Below are positions 1 to 12,303 of a stretch of DNA of 43,487 nucleotides, in pieces. The notes below the pieces were generated by a model, which saw nothing but the letters and a program-made list of their open reading frames with translations, was not told the DNA's origin and made no database searches. The first letter of the stretch is position 1. Each line of letters starts with the position of its first letter. Both the position numbers and the translations under genes were made by a program. This stretch comes from Nemertoderma westbladi (lineage: Eukaryota > Animalia > Xenacoelomorpha): positions 1-43,487 of the forward strand of contig JAUCBJ010000521.1 in NCBI GenBank assembly GCA_032718475.1. Reading direction: 5' to 3'.

Positions 1-386
1 AATTAAATTCTTTACGAAAATCTAGTCATCTTCTTTTAAATATGGACCCTGCATTCGTGGAAAATATAATATTTGATAATTCATCAGTCAGCCTACGCTA
101 ATTTCACGGCAAGTCCTTGTCATGGCCTGTGTGTAGTAGGCCATGGTACCACCCTACTACCGGTACCGGCTGACCGCGTGACCGGTGGCAACTAGCACTT
201 CAGCACTTGCACAGCAACAGCACTACCGGCGATACACAGGTTGAAATTTATGTAGAGTTTGCTCAACAGTACAGATATAAAATAGTTATCTAAATTATAT
301 ATATTACTATTGACAAGTATTGAAATATATACCGTTATTCGTGTTATCAGTATTTGCAACATCTGACATTGAAGAGGTGAAAGAAG

Positions 387-782
387 ATGAATACCGGCAC
401 TCAACAAAACCAACGCTTATCACAGGTCGGTATGGTTACCTCGAAACCGGCGCGACTGTCCACTCGAATACAACTTCAAAACACAAACGCCAACAATAAA
501 CTGAAAGCGAATCGAACGTCTTCAGAAGAATCTGTCATTGGGACGAAGAAAAGGAAGCCGAAACCACGGGAATGGACCACAGCTAAGATTGAATGCTCCC
601 ATTGTCAGAGTTCCTGGACCGAAATTGAAACACCAATTGCCGATGGGCTTGATCTCTCAAACCAAAACTTCCTCTGCGGGGTTTGCGCGGCAGTAAAGAT
701 TGAAAGTCTGGAAGCTGGCATCCCTAGGTATTATTATTATAAAGAGCGTCAGCCTGCGTTTAATAAATATATTTTAATATAA
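387..782 (+). pseudogene. Possible fragment of a LINE ORF1-like protein with a partial PHD/zinc-finger motif
   Basis: ORF contains IECSHCQSSW...NFLCGVC, spaced like the C-terminal half of a PHD finger as seen in CR1/L2 ORF1 proteins. No ORF2 follows. Weak. Confidence 0.25.
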
Positions 783-1472
783 AACAGGTCGAACGCAAAG
801 AGGCTTATAATGAAGACGAGTACTGCATTGATTATATTCCTATAAACCACCTGGCTTTGCATATTGAACGTGCGTTTGGAAATAAGTTCGTGCTACCCTT
901 CCGTGGGTGGTAGATGTCGCGGTTATGTATTGGTGGGTGGGGCGTGGGGGAGGGGGGGGGGGGGTGCAGATTAAAAGGGGTGAACACGTACTGTCCCCCT
1001 TTCTTTGATTAATTGGTGGTGTGGGTTAATCTCTCATAACCTGATTTTGTGATACAGTCGCACAATTTTAATTTGTATCTCATAACTGGGCCTCGTGCTG
1101 CGCGAAGGCCCCACGAACGTGTACAAGCCTCCTATGAAAATTTGTGAAATCTTCCATTAAGTCTACCCAACAGCCGTTGGTAACCGGCTTGCACCCTGGT
1201 TCAGTTTTCTGGTTTTGTTAGTTTAATCGACAGCTGTTGTAAACGTCCCAGATATAAGAGTAGCTCGGTCGGTATTTAATTTCGCGTTCCATAATATTGA
1301 TAATGTACTAATATTTCGAATATCGCACATCGAATCGTTCCCAACTTTTTTATTCAACAACTAGATACTAATTGATAAATAGTCGCGTTAAAAATTGTTG
1401 CGTACCTGCTTGAGTTTTTGAGATATTGGATGGTTATACACACATAACCACATCGTGTTTTTGAACGGCTCA

Positions 1473-1540
1473 ACTATTAACTACTAACTACTAGTAGTTT
1501 AACTACTAAACTACTAACTACTAACTCAACTACTAACTAC
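1473..1540. repeat. Imperfect (ACTACTA)n simple repeat
   Basis: Repeated ctactaa/actacta units seen directly. Confidence 0.6.
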
Positions 1541-1626
1541 CCAGTCTAAAGACAGGTTCGTTATAATGTGGTCTAACAACAGCAAATATTCGACTAAAAT
1601 AATTCACTTTTCGTAAAATACACCAA

Positions 1627-4600
1627 CCACAGTAACGGATCTCCAGTAAGTATTGTAGGTCTCCGTGCCACCCACAGTAACGGATCTCCAGTAAGTATTG
1701 TAGGTCTCCGTGCCACCCACAGTAACGGATCTCCAGTAAGTATTGTAGGTCTCCGTGCCACCCACAGTAACGGATCTCCAGTAAGTATTGTAGGTCTCCG
1801 TGCCACCCACAGTAACGGATCTCCAGTAAGTATTGTAGGTCTCCGTGCCACCCACAGTAACGGATCTCCAGTAAGTATTGTAGGTCTCCGTGCCACCCAC
1901 AGTAACGGATCTCCAGTAAGTATTGTAGGTCTCCGTGCCACCCACAGTAACGGATCTCCAGTAAGTATTGTAGGTCTCCGTGCCACCCACAGTAACGGAT
2001 CTCCAGTAAGTATTGTAGGTCTCCGTGCCACCCACAGTAACGGATCTCCAGTAAGTATTGTAGGTCTCCGTGCCACCCACAGTAACGGATCTCCAGTAAG
2101 TATTGTAGGTCTCCGTGCCACCCACAGTAACGGATCTCCAGTAAGTATTGTAGGTCTCCGTGCCACCCACAGTAACGGATCTCCAGTAAGTATTGTAGGT
2201 CTCCGTGCCACCCACAGTAACGGATCTCCAGTAAGTATTGTAGGTCTCCGTGCCACCCACAGTAACGGATCTCCAGTAAGTATTGTAGGTCTCCGTGCCA
2301 CCCACAGTAACGGATCTCCAGTAAGTATTGTAGGTCTCCGTGCCACCCACAGTAACGGATCTCCAGTAAGTATTGTAGGTCTCCGTGCCACCCACAGTAA
2401 CGGATCTCCAGTAAGTATTGTAGGTCTCCGTGCCACCCACAGTAACGGATCTCCAGTAAGTATTGTAGGTCTCCGTGCCACCCACAGTAACGGATCTCCA
2501 GTAAGTATTGTAGGTCTCCGTGCCACCCACAGTAACGGATCTCCAGTAAGTATTGTAGGTCTCCGTGCCACCCACAGTAACGGATCTCTAGTAAGTATTG
2601 TAGGTCTCCGTGACACCCACAGTAACGGATCTCCAGTAAGTATTGTAGGTCTCAGTGACACCCACAGTAACGGATCTCCAGTAAGTATTGTAGGTCTCCG
2701 TGCCACCCACAGTAACGGATCTCCAGTAAGTATTGTAGGTCTCCGTGCCACCCACAGTAAAGGATCTCTAGTAAGTATTGTAGGTCTCCGTGCCACCCAC
2801 AGTAAAGGATCTCCAGTAAGTATTGTAGGTCTCCGTGCCACCCACAGTAACGGATCTCCAGTAAGTATTGTAGGTCTCCGTGCCACCCACAGTAACGGAT
2901 CTCCAGTAAGTATTGTAGGTCTCCGTGCCACCCACAGTAACGGATCTCTAGTAAGTATTGTAGGTCTCTGTGACACCCACAGTAACGGATCTCCAGTAAG
3001 TATTGTAGGTCTCCGTGCCACCCACAGTAACGGATCTCCAGTAAGTATTGTAGGTCTCCGTGCCACCCACAGTAACGGATCTCTAGTAAGTATTGTAGGT
3101 CTCCGTGCCACCCACAGTAACGGATCTCCAGTAAGTATTGTAGGTCTGCGTGCCACCCACAGTAACGGATCTCCAGTAAGTATTGTAGGTCTCCGTGCCA
3201 CCCACAGTAACGGATCTCCTGTAAGTATTGTAGGTCTCCGTGCCACCCACAGTAACGGATATCCAGTAAGTATTGTAGGTCTCCGTGCCACCCACAGTAA
3301 CGGATCTCTAGTAAGTATTGTAGGTCTCCGTGACACCCACAGTAACGGATCTCCAGTAAGTATTGTAGGTCTCAGTGACACCCACAGTAACGGATCTCCA
3401 GTAAGTATTGTAGGTCTCCGTGCCACCCACAGTAAAGGATCTCCAGTAAGTATTGCTAGGTCTCCGTGCCACCCACAGTAACGGATCTCTAGTAAGTATT
3501 GTAGGTCTCCGTGCCACCCACAGTAAAGGATCTCCAGTAAGTATTGTAGGTCTCCGTGCCACCCACAGTAACGGATCTCCAGTAAGTATTGTAGGTCTCC
3601 GTGCCACCCACAGTAACGGATCTCCAGTAAGTATTGTAGGTCTCCGTGCCACCCACAGTAACGGATCTCTAGTAAGTATTGTAGGTCTCTGTGACACCCA
3701 CAGTAACGGATCTCCAGTAAGTATTGTAGGTCTCCGTGCCACCCACAGTAACGGATCTCCAGTAAGTATTGTAGGTCTCCGTGCCACCCACAGTAACGGA
3801 TCTCTAGTAAGTATTGTAGGTCTCCGTGCCACCCACAGTAACGGATCTCCAGTAAGTATTGTAGGTCTCCGTGCCACCCACAGTAACGGATCTCCAGTAA
3901 GTATTGTAGGTCTCCGTGCCACCCACAGTAACGGATCTCCAGTAAGTATTGTAGGTCTCCGTGCCACCCACAGTAACGGATCTCCAGTAAGTATTGTAGG
4001 TCTCCGTGCCACCCACAGTAACGGATCTCCAGTAAGTATTGTAGGTCTCCGTGCCACCCACAGTAACGGATCTCTAGTAAGTATTGTAGGTCTCCGTGCC
4101 ACCCACAGTAACGGATCTCCAGTAAGTATTGTAGGTCTCCGTGCCACCCACAGTAACGGATCTCCAGTAAGTATTGTAGGTCTCCGTGCCACCCACAGTA
4201 ACGGATCTCCAGTAAGTATTGTAGGTCTCCGTGCCACCCACAGTAACGGATCTCCAGTAAGTATTGTAGGTCTCCGTGCCACCCACAGTAAAGGATCTCC
4301 AGTAAGTATTGTAGGTCTCCGTGCCACCCACAGTAAAGGATCTCCAGTAAGTATTGTAGGTCTCCGTGCCACCCACAGTAACGGATCTCCAGTAAGTATT
4401 GTAGGTCTCCGTGCCACCCACAGTAACGGATCTCTAGTAAGTATTGTAGGTCTCCGTGCCACCCACAGTAACGGATCTCCAGTAAGTATTGTAGGTCTCC
4501 GTGCCACCCACAGTAACGGATCTCCAGTAAGTATTGTAGGTCTCAGTGACACCCACAGTAACGGATCTCCAGTAAGTATTGTAGGTCTCCGTGCCACCCA

Positions 4601-5498
4601 CAGTAACGGATCTCCAGTAAGTATTGTAGGTCTCCGTGCCACCCACAGTAACGGATCTCCAGTAAGTATTGTAGGTCTCAGTGACACCCACAGTAACGGA
4701 TCTCCAGTAAGTATTGTAGGTCTCCGTGCCACCCACAGTAACGGATCTCCAGTAAGTATTGTAGGTCTCCGTGCCACCCACAGTAACGGATCTCCAGTAA
4801 GTATTGTAGGTCTCCGTGCCACCCACAGTAACGGATCTCCAGTAAGTATTGTAGGTCTCCGTGCCACCCACAGTAACGGATCTCCAGTAAGTATTGTAGG
4901 TCTCCGTGCCACCCACAGTAACGGATCTCCAGTAAGTATTGTAGGTCTCCGTGCCACCCACAGTAACGGATCTCCAGTAAGTATTGTAGGTCTCCGTGCC
5001 ACCCACAGTAAAGGATCTCCAGTAAGTATTGAAGGTCTCCGTGCCACCCACAGTAACGGATCTCCAGTAAGTATTGTAGGTCTCCGTGCCACCCACAGTA
5101 ACGGATCTCCAGTAAGTATTGTAGGTCTCCGAGCCACCCACAGTAACGGATCTCCAGTAAGTATTGTAGGTCTCTGTGACACCCACAGTAACGGATCTCC
5201 AGTAAGTATTGTAGGTCTCCGTGCCACCCACAGTAACGGATCTCTAGTAAGTATTGTAGGTCTCTGTGACACCCACAGTAACGGATCTCCAGTAAGTATT
5301 GTAGGTCTCTGTGACACCCACAGTAACGGATCTCCTGTAAGTATTGTAGGTCTCCGTGCCACCCACAGTAACGGATCTCTAGTAAGTATTGTAGGTCTCA
5401 GTGACACCCACAGTAAAGGATCTCCAGTAAGTATTGTAGGTCGCAGTGACATCAACAGTATCGGATCTCCAATAAGTATTGTAGGTAGGTCTCCGTGC
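1627..5498. repeat. 45-bp tandem satellite, about 86 copies
   Basis: Unit cccacagtaacggatctccagtaagtattgtaggtctccgtgcca. Copies identical to about 2580, point variants after that, a 1-bp insertion at 3456, degenerate end near 5440-5498. Confidence 0.98.
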
Positions 5499-6295
5499 AG
5501 GTCTACAACTACAATAGATAACTAATTAATTATACTCGCAAGATCTGCTATCTTTATATGATTGATTGTGTATAAAGACGGTAGCGGTATACAGACGCTG
5601 ATCCCATATAGGAGTGGGGGGGACTTCCGGCGAAATCAAAATTCATCCCTTTCCAGGAGAAAATCGACGTAAATAACAGCTGATTACCATAACAAAAAAT
5701 ACGATGTAACCTGTGATATTGATATTATTTATTGTTTTGCATACAATAACGTGCTACTGTAACTTGTTCCTTTCCCTTAGTTTATAGTTTATCATAGAGG
5801 CGATAAATTACTTCACCGAGATCGTGTTTGCGTCTAGACACCCCTCTAGCTTGCTGTGGATTTCACAACGGTTCAATTTTATAAGAAGAAACCACTTAAT
5901 ATGTAGTTCACCTACAAAAAAAATTGTAAAAATGGCTTGTGATACAAATAATAATATTAAAAATAAATTAGTTAGTAGTATTTAGCATCCGAAGCTCCAT
6001 GCAAAGAATTTAAAGCCCTATGAATTGGTCTACTGTACATATGACACGCCGTCCCAAATTACTCGATCAGCCATAAACTTTTCAGAAGTGGTAAGGTGGC
6101 GACAAGCCGACTCGAGGGCGTTGCAGTTTTTAACTATACTTGTTAGTAGTGTTAGTAGTACTGGTCTTTATGTATTTGAGTTTATATTTTGGTCCTGACG
6201 ATACCCCAAATATTGACCCATAATTATTTACCAACCTTTTTTAAACTGGGCGATAAATCTCCTCACCACCCCCGCAACAATTATAAACTTTTCAG

Positions 6296-6841
6296 CGATG
6301 TATACTCCGTGAAATTCTGTGATGTATAGGCCTACTTCGTGAAGTTCTGTGATATATATATACTTCGTGAAGTTCTGTGATGTTATACTTCGTGAAGTTC
6401 TGTGATGTTATACTTCGTGAAGTTCTGTGATGTTATACTTCGTGAAGTTCTGTGATGTTATACTTCGTGAAGTTCTGTGATGTTATACTTCGTGAAGTTC
6501 TGTGATGTTATACTTCGTGAAGTTCTGTGATGTTATACTTCGTGAGGTTCTGTAATGCATACTTCATGAAGTTCTTTGATGTATACTTCGTGAAGTTCTG
6601 TGATGTATATATACTTCGTGATGTTCTTTGATGTATATTTCGTGAAGTTCTGTGATGTATATATTTCGTGAAGTTCTGTGATGGTATACTTCGTGAAGTT
6701 CTGTGATGCATACTTCGTGAAGTTCTGTGATGTATACTTCGTGAAGTTCTGTGATCTATACTTCGTAAAGTTCTGTGATGTATATATACTTCGCGAAGTT
6801 CTGTGATGTATATACTTCGTGAAGTTCTGTGATGTTATACT
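6296..6841. repeat. 24-28-bp minisatellite, segment 1
   Basis: Core atacttcgtgaagttctgtgatg plus variable t/tt/tat/tatat/c linker. Confidence 0.95.
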
Positions 6842-6845
6842 ACTA

Positions 6846-7727
6846 CTACTGGGTCGAGCGAACTCGGACAGTGGAAATGAGATCCTTCCAGCCTTCCCGA
6901 TTTTCCATAGTTGTCGCAATTTCGTTTCTCCCAAGTTCAGTATCCCTTTCAAGTTGATCTATATATGTTATGGCCGGTCGTCCACGACTACGCTTTCCAT
7001 TAGTTGGTTGCCAGAGAAGTAGATCTGGTATGACCTCGTCTTTACTTCGCCAGCAGTGCCCACTGAATCGTAATCTGTGTTCACGGAGGGTGGTTGATAC
7101 ATGTGGTATTGTACCATAAAGCTCGGCGTTTGTCATGTGTTGTTTCCAGCTGATGTTTAGGGCTGCCCTTAGTAGTCTTGCGTAGCAACCATCAATTTGT
7201 TGTTCAAGTGATTTAGTCAGTGTCCAGGTCTCACCCCCGTATAAAAATACACTTTCCACTGTGACTCGAAAGAACTTAGTCTTCAGGTGCCTGGAGAGAT
7301 CTGATTTCCAGATGGCATCCATTTTTGATAGAGCTACCCAAGCCTTTGCTTTCCTAACTTCTATGTCCTTTTTGCTACTCTCTATCCATGATCCAAGGTA
7401 CTGGAAGTCATCGACCTTCCTTAGTTGATTATTATCAATGGTTGTCAAGTTTCCATCAACATTAAAGGTCATGAATTCGGTCTTTGTAGCATTTATATGC
7501 AATCCAACCTCCTTAGCAGCCCTCTCCACTTTATTTAGTAGAAGCTGTGCATCTGCTAGCGTATTAGAGAGCAGGGCGATGTCATCCGCAAAGTCTGTGT
7601 CTGTGACTGTAGTTGCCGGATATTTACTACTTCTGCGTTCTTGAAGTGTGAATCCCAGATCTTCACCCTTTGTGGCCGCCCTCATTGCGTAATCCAGCAC
7701 AATTACAAATAGTAATGGTGCTAATGT
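6846..7727 (-). pseudogene. RTE reverse transcriptase C-terminal half
   Basis: TLAPLLFVIVLDYAMR, DFADDIALL, GLHINATKT, FQYLGS, YGGETWTLT, RLRFSGHCWR and RSRGRP...W motifs typical of RTE ORF2. Confidence 0.9.
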
Positions 7728-8242
7728 GGATTCCCATCAAATGTTGCGATCATAACCCTGGAATTTATATATTCGATGTTGTTTAGGGTCTTAAGTGCAA
7801 ATGGGCTTAGCAGAATTCCTTCTCCACCAATTGATGCATTGGCCGAGTTTCTTACTGCTGAGCTTGTTACTAACGTCCATCCATTTCCAATGTCATTGTA
7901 CTTCATCGCAGTGTCTTCATGACAAATCCGATGTTCTTGGATGTAGATGATGTCGATGTAATATTCCATTGCCAGAGCGACCATGTCACCCTGTTTGGTA
8001 TGTGCTTTCAGCGTGCGTGCGTTCATTGTAGCAATCTTTAGTGTCTTTTTACATTTCAACAGGCTGGTTCTTCTTTCTTCTCTGTCTTCTGTTCCAGTAG
8101 CCAATTTATCGACCCCAGCCGGGTGTACCACTGAGGGACGCGGTCCTTGTTGACCCGGGCGACGACCGAGCCGGTATTTCTCCTGGAGGGTTCTCATACT
8201 CATATCTTTCAGTTGTCGGGAGTAAACCGCTTGGGGTCGCAA
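7721..8242 (-). pseudogene. RTE apurinic-like endonuclease (APE) N-terminal fragment
   Basis: LKIATMNARTL, IDIIYIQEHR, GGEGILLS, SRVMIATFDGNP; cut off by the deletion junction. Confidence 0.85.
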
Positions 8243-8709
8243 CTCCTACAAGCGTCTTCGCAGTAGGTCGCCGTTGGTTGATTACCTTCCGCCGATCTTT
8301 TCAGCATGTCTAGCCGTTGGTTGATTACCTTCCGCCTATCCATGGCCTACAGCCCTGCTGCCGACTGCAGGGGTCCATTTGTTACACCCTGAACCAAGTG
8401 TGCCTCCTGGGTTAGGTTACCCAACACTGGTAGAGAGAAGAGCATCCAGTATAGACAGGGCGGGGCGTGTATCATCTCTAATGCAGATGCGTATCAAGCC
8501 TTTGCCTTCAATGGTGCCCTAGTCGCTATAGCCCTCAATGACTTATTTAGTTGACGGGGCTAAACCAACCCACTCTTGATCAACTAAATAATGAATAGGC
8601 TATGCTTATCGGGCCTGCCTACTGGGCTGACAGGTACAGGTAGTACCACATTACTGCCATAGTGGTAGCAGGATCTGGGGACCTGACCTGACCTGACTCA
8701 TCATCATTC

Positions 8710-11700
8710 GTGATGTTATACTTTGTGAATTTCTGTGATGTTATACTTCGTGAAGTTCTGTGATGTATATATACTTCGTGAAGTTCTGTGATGCATACAT
8801 CGTGAATTTCTGTGATGTTATACTTCGTGAAGTTCTGTGATGTATATATACTTCGTGAAGTTCTGTGATGCATACATCGTGAAGTTCTGTGATGTTATAC
8901 TTCGTGAAGTTCTGTGATGTTATACTTCGTGAAGTTCTGTGATGTATATTATATACTTCGTGAAGTTCTGTGATGTTATACTTCGTGAACTTCTGTGATG
9001 TATATATACTTCGTGAAGTTCTGTGATGTTATACTTCGTGAAGTTCTGTGATGTTATACTTCGTGAAGTTCTGTGATGTTATACTTCGTGAAGTTCTGTG
9101 ATGTTATACTTCGTGAAGTTCTGTGATGTTATACTTCGTGAGGTTCTGTGATGCATACTTCGTGAAGTTCTGTGATGTATACTTCGTGAAGTTCTGTGAT
9201 GTATATATACTTCGTGAAGTTCTGTGATGTATATATACTTCGTGAAGTTCTGTGATGTATATACTTCGTGAAGTTCTGTGATGTATATATACTTCGTGAA
9301 GTTCTGTGATGTATATACTTCGTGAAGTTCTGTGATGTATATATACTTCGTGAAGTTCTGTGATGTATATATACTTCGTGAAATTCTGTTATATATACTT
9401 CGTGAAGTTCTGTGATGTATATATACTTCGTGAAGTTCTGTGATGTATATATACTTCGTGAAGTTCTGTGATGTATATATACTTCGTGAAGTTCTGTGAT
9501 GTTATACTTCGTGAAGTTCTGTGATGTATATATACTTCGTGAAGTTCTGTGATGTATATATACTTCGTGAAGTTCTGTGATGTATATACTTCGTGAAGTT
9601 CTGTGATGTATATATACTTCGTGAAGTTCTGTGATGTATACTTCGTGAAGTTCTGTGATGTATATATACTTCGTGAAGTTCTGTGATGTATATATACTTC
9701 GTGAAGTTCTGTGATGTATATATACTTCGTGAAGTTCTGTGATGTATATATACTTCGTGAAGTTCTGTGATGTTATACTTCGTGAAGTTCTGTGATATTA
9801 TACTTCGTGAAGTTCTGTGATGCATACTTCGTGAAGTTCTGTAATGTATATATACTTCGTGAAGTTCTGTGATGTATATATACTTCGTGAAGTTCTGTGA
9901 TGTTATACTTCGTAAAGTTCTGTGATGTATACTTCGTGAAGTTCTGTGATGTATATATACTTCGTGAAGTTCTGTGATGTATACTTCGTGAAGTTCTGTG
10001 ATGTATATATACTTCGTGAAGTTCTGTGATGTATATATACTTCGTGAAGTTCTGTGATGTATATACTTCGTGAAGTTCTGTGATGTATATATACTTCGTG
10101 AAGTTCTGTGATGTATATACTTCGTGAAGTTCTGTGATGTATATATACTTCGTGAAGTTCTGTGATGTATATATACTTCGTGAAGTTCTGTGATGTATAC
10201 TTCGTGAAGTTCTGTGATGTATATATACTTCGTGAAGTTCTGTGATGTTATACTTCGTGAAGTTCTGTGATATTATACTTCGTGAAGTTCTGTGATGCAT
10301 ACTTCGTGAAGTTCTGTAATGTATATATACTTCGTGAAGTTCTGTGATGTTATACTTCGTGAAGTTCTGTGATGTTATACTTCGTGAAGTTCTGTGATGT
10401 TATACTTCGTGAAGTTCTGTGATGTTATACTTCGTGAAGTTCTGTGATGTTATACTTCGTGAGGTTCTGTAATGCATACTTCATGAAGTTCTGTGATGTA
10501 TACTTCGTGAAGTTCTGTGATGTATATATACTTCGTGAAGTTCTGTGATGTATATATACTTCGTGAAGTTCTGTGATGTATATACTTCGTGAAGTTCTGT
10601 GATGTATATATACTTCGTGAAGTTCTGTGATGTATATATACTTCGTGAAGTTCTGTGATGTTATACTTCGTGAAGTTCTGTGATATTATACTTCGTGAAG
10701 TTCTGTAATGTATATATACTTCGTGAAGTTCTGTGATGTTATACTTCGTGAAGTTCTGTGATGTTATACTTCGTGAAGTTCTGTGATGTTATACTTCGTG
10801 AAGTTCTGTAATGTATATATACTTCGTGAAGTTCTGTGATGTTATACTTCGTGAAGTTCTGTGATGCATACTTCGTGAAGTTCTGTAATGTATATATACT
10901 TCGTGAAGTTCTGTGATGTTATACTTCGTGAAGTTCTGTGATGTTATACTTCGTGAAGTTCTGTGATGTTATACTTCGTGAAGTTCTGTGATGTTATACT
11001 TTGTGAGGTTCGGTGATGCATACTTCATGAAGTTCTGTGATGTATACTTCGTGAAGTTCTGTGATGTATATACTTCGTGACGTTCTGTGATGTATATACT
11101 TCGTGAAGTTCTGTGATGTTATACTTCGTGAAGTTCTGTGATGTATATATACTTCGTGAAGTTCTGTGATGTATATATACTTCGTGAAGTTCTGTGATGT
11201 TATACTTCGTGAAGTTCTGTGATATTATACTTCGTGAAGTTCTGTGATGTATATATACTTCGTGAAGTTCTGTGATGTTATACTTCGTGAAGTTCTGTGA
11301 TGTTATACTTCGTGAAGTTCTGTGATGTTATACTTCGTGAAGTTCTGTAATGTATATATACTTCGTGAAGTTCTGTGATGTTATACTTCGTGAAGTTCTG
11401 TGATGCATACTTCGTGAAGTTCTGTAATGTATATATACTTCGTGAAGTTCTGTGATGTTATACTTCGTGAAGTTCTGTGATGTTATACTTCGTGAAGTTC
11501 TGTGATGTTATACTTTGTGAGGTTCGGTGATGCATACTTCATGAAGTTCTGTGATGTATACTTCGTGAAGTTCTGTGATGTATATACTTCGTGACGTTCT
11601 GTGATGTATATACTTCGTGAAGTTCTGTGATGTTATACTTCGTGAAGTTCTGTGATGTATATACTTCGTGAAGTTCTGTGATGTTATACTTCGTGAAATT

Positions 11701-12303
11701 CTGTGATGTATACTTCGTGAAGTTCTGTGATGTATACTTCGTGAAGTTCTGTGATATATATATACTTCGTGAAGTTCTGTGATGTTATACTTCGTGAAGT
11801 TCTGTGATGTATACTTCGTGAAATTCTGTGATGTATAGGCCGACTTCGTGAAGTTCTGTGATGTATATATACTTCGTGAAGTTCTGTGATGTATATATAC
11901 TTCGTGAAGTTATTTGATGTATACTTCGTGAAGTTCTGTGATGTATATATACTTCGTGAAGTTCTTTGATGTATACTTGGTGAAGTTCTGTGATGTATAT
12001 ACTTCGTGACGTTCTGTGATGTATATACTTCGTGAAGTTCTGTGATGTTATACTTCGTGAAGTTCTGTGATGTATACTTCGTGAAGTTCTGTGATGTACA
12101 CTTCGTGAAGTTCTATGATATATACTTCGTAAAGTTATGTGATGTATATATACTTCGTGAAGTTCTGTGATGTATATATACTTCGTGAAGTTCTGTGATG
12201 TTATACTTCGTGAAGTTATGTGATGTATACTTCGTGAAGATCTGTGATGTATACTTCGTGAAGTTCTGTGATCTATACTTCGTAAAGTTCTGTGATGTAT
12301 ATA
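8710..12303. repeat. 24-28-bp minisatellite, segment 2 (roughly 135-140 copies)
   Basis: Same core as segment 1; resumes in phase after the RTE insertion. Confidence 0.97.

Larger units (their letters stand above)
6842..8709 (-). mobile_element. RTE-clade LINE, internally deleted (non-autonomous)
   Basis: Has 5' UTR, N-terminal APE fragment, C-terminal RT fragment and a (TAG)n/(AGT)n tail right at the stop codon. Flanked by direct repeat gtgatgttatact at 6829-6841 and 8710-8722 (TSD-like, though within a tandem array). Confidence 0.88.

Noticed and set aside
1594-5525. Long ORFs (610, 715, 690 aa and others) on both strands
   Set aside because: By-products of a 45-bp unit lacking stops in several frames; a 1-bp insertion at 3456 breaks them and there is no unique coding sequence.
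8690-8709. Hammerhead-like GATGAGTC at the RTE 5' tip
   Set aside because: No CTGANGA core with matching GAAA and stems could be assembled.
6296-12303. CRISPR-like array (constant palindromic core plus variable part)
   Set aside because: The variable part is only 1-5 nt of TA, there are no unique spacers or cas genes, and the context is eukaryotic.
8710-12303. Resemblance of ACTTCGT...GAAGTT to loxP arms
   Set aside because: Lacks 13-bp arms and an 8-bp spacer; no recombinase nearby; short chance similarity.
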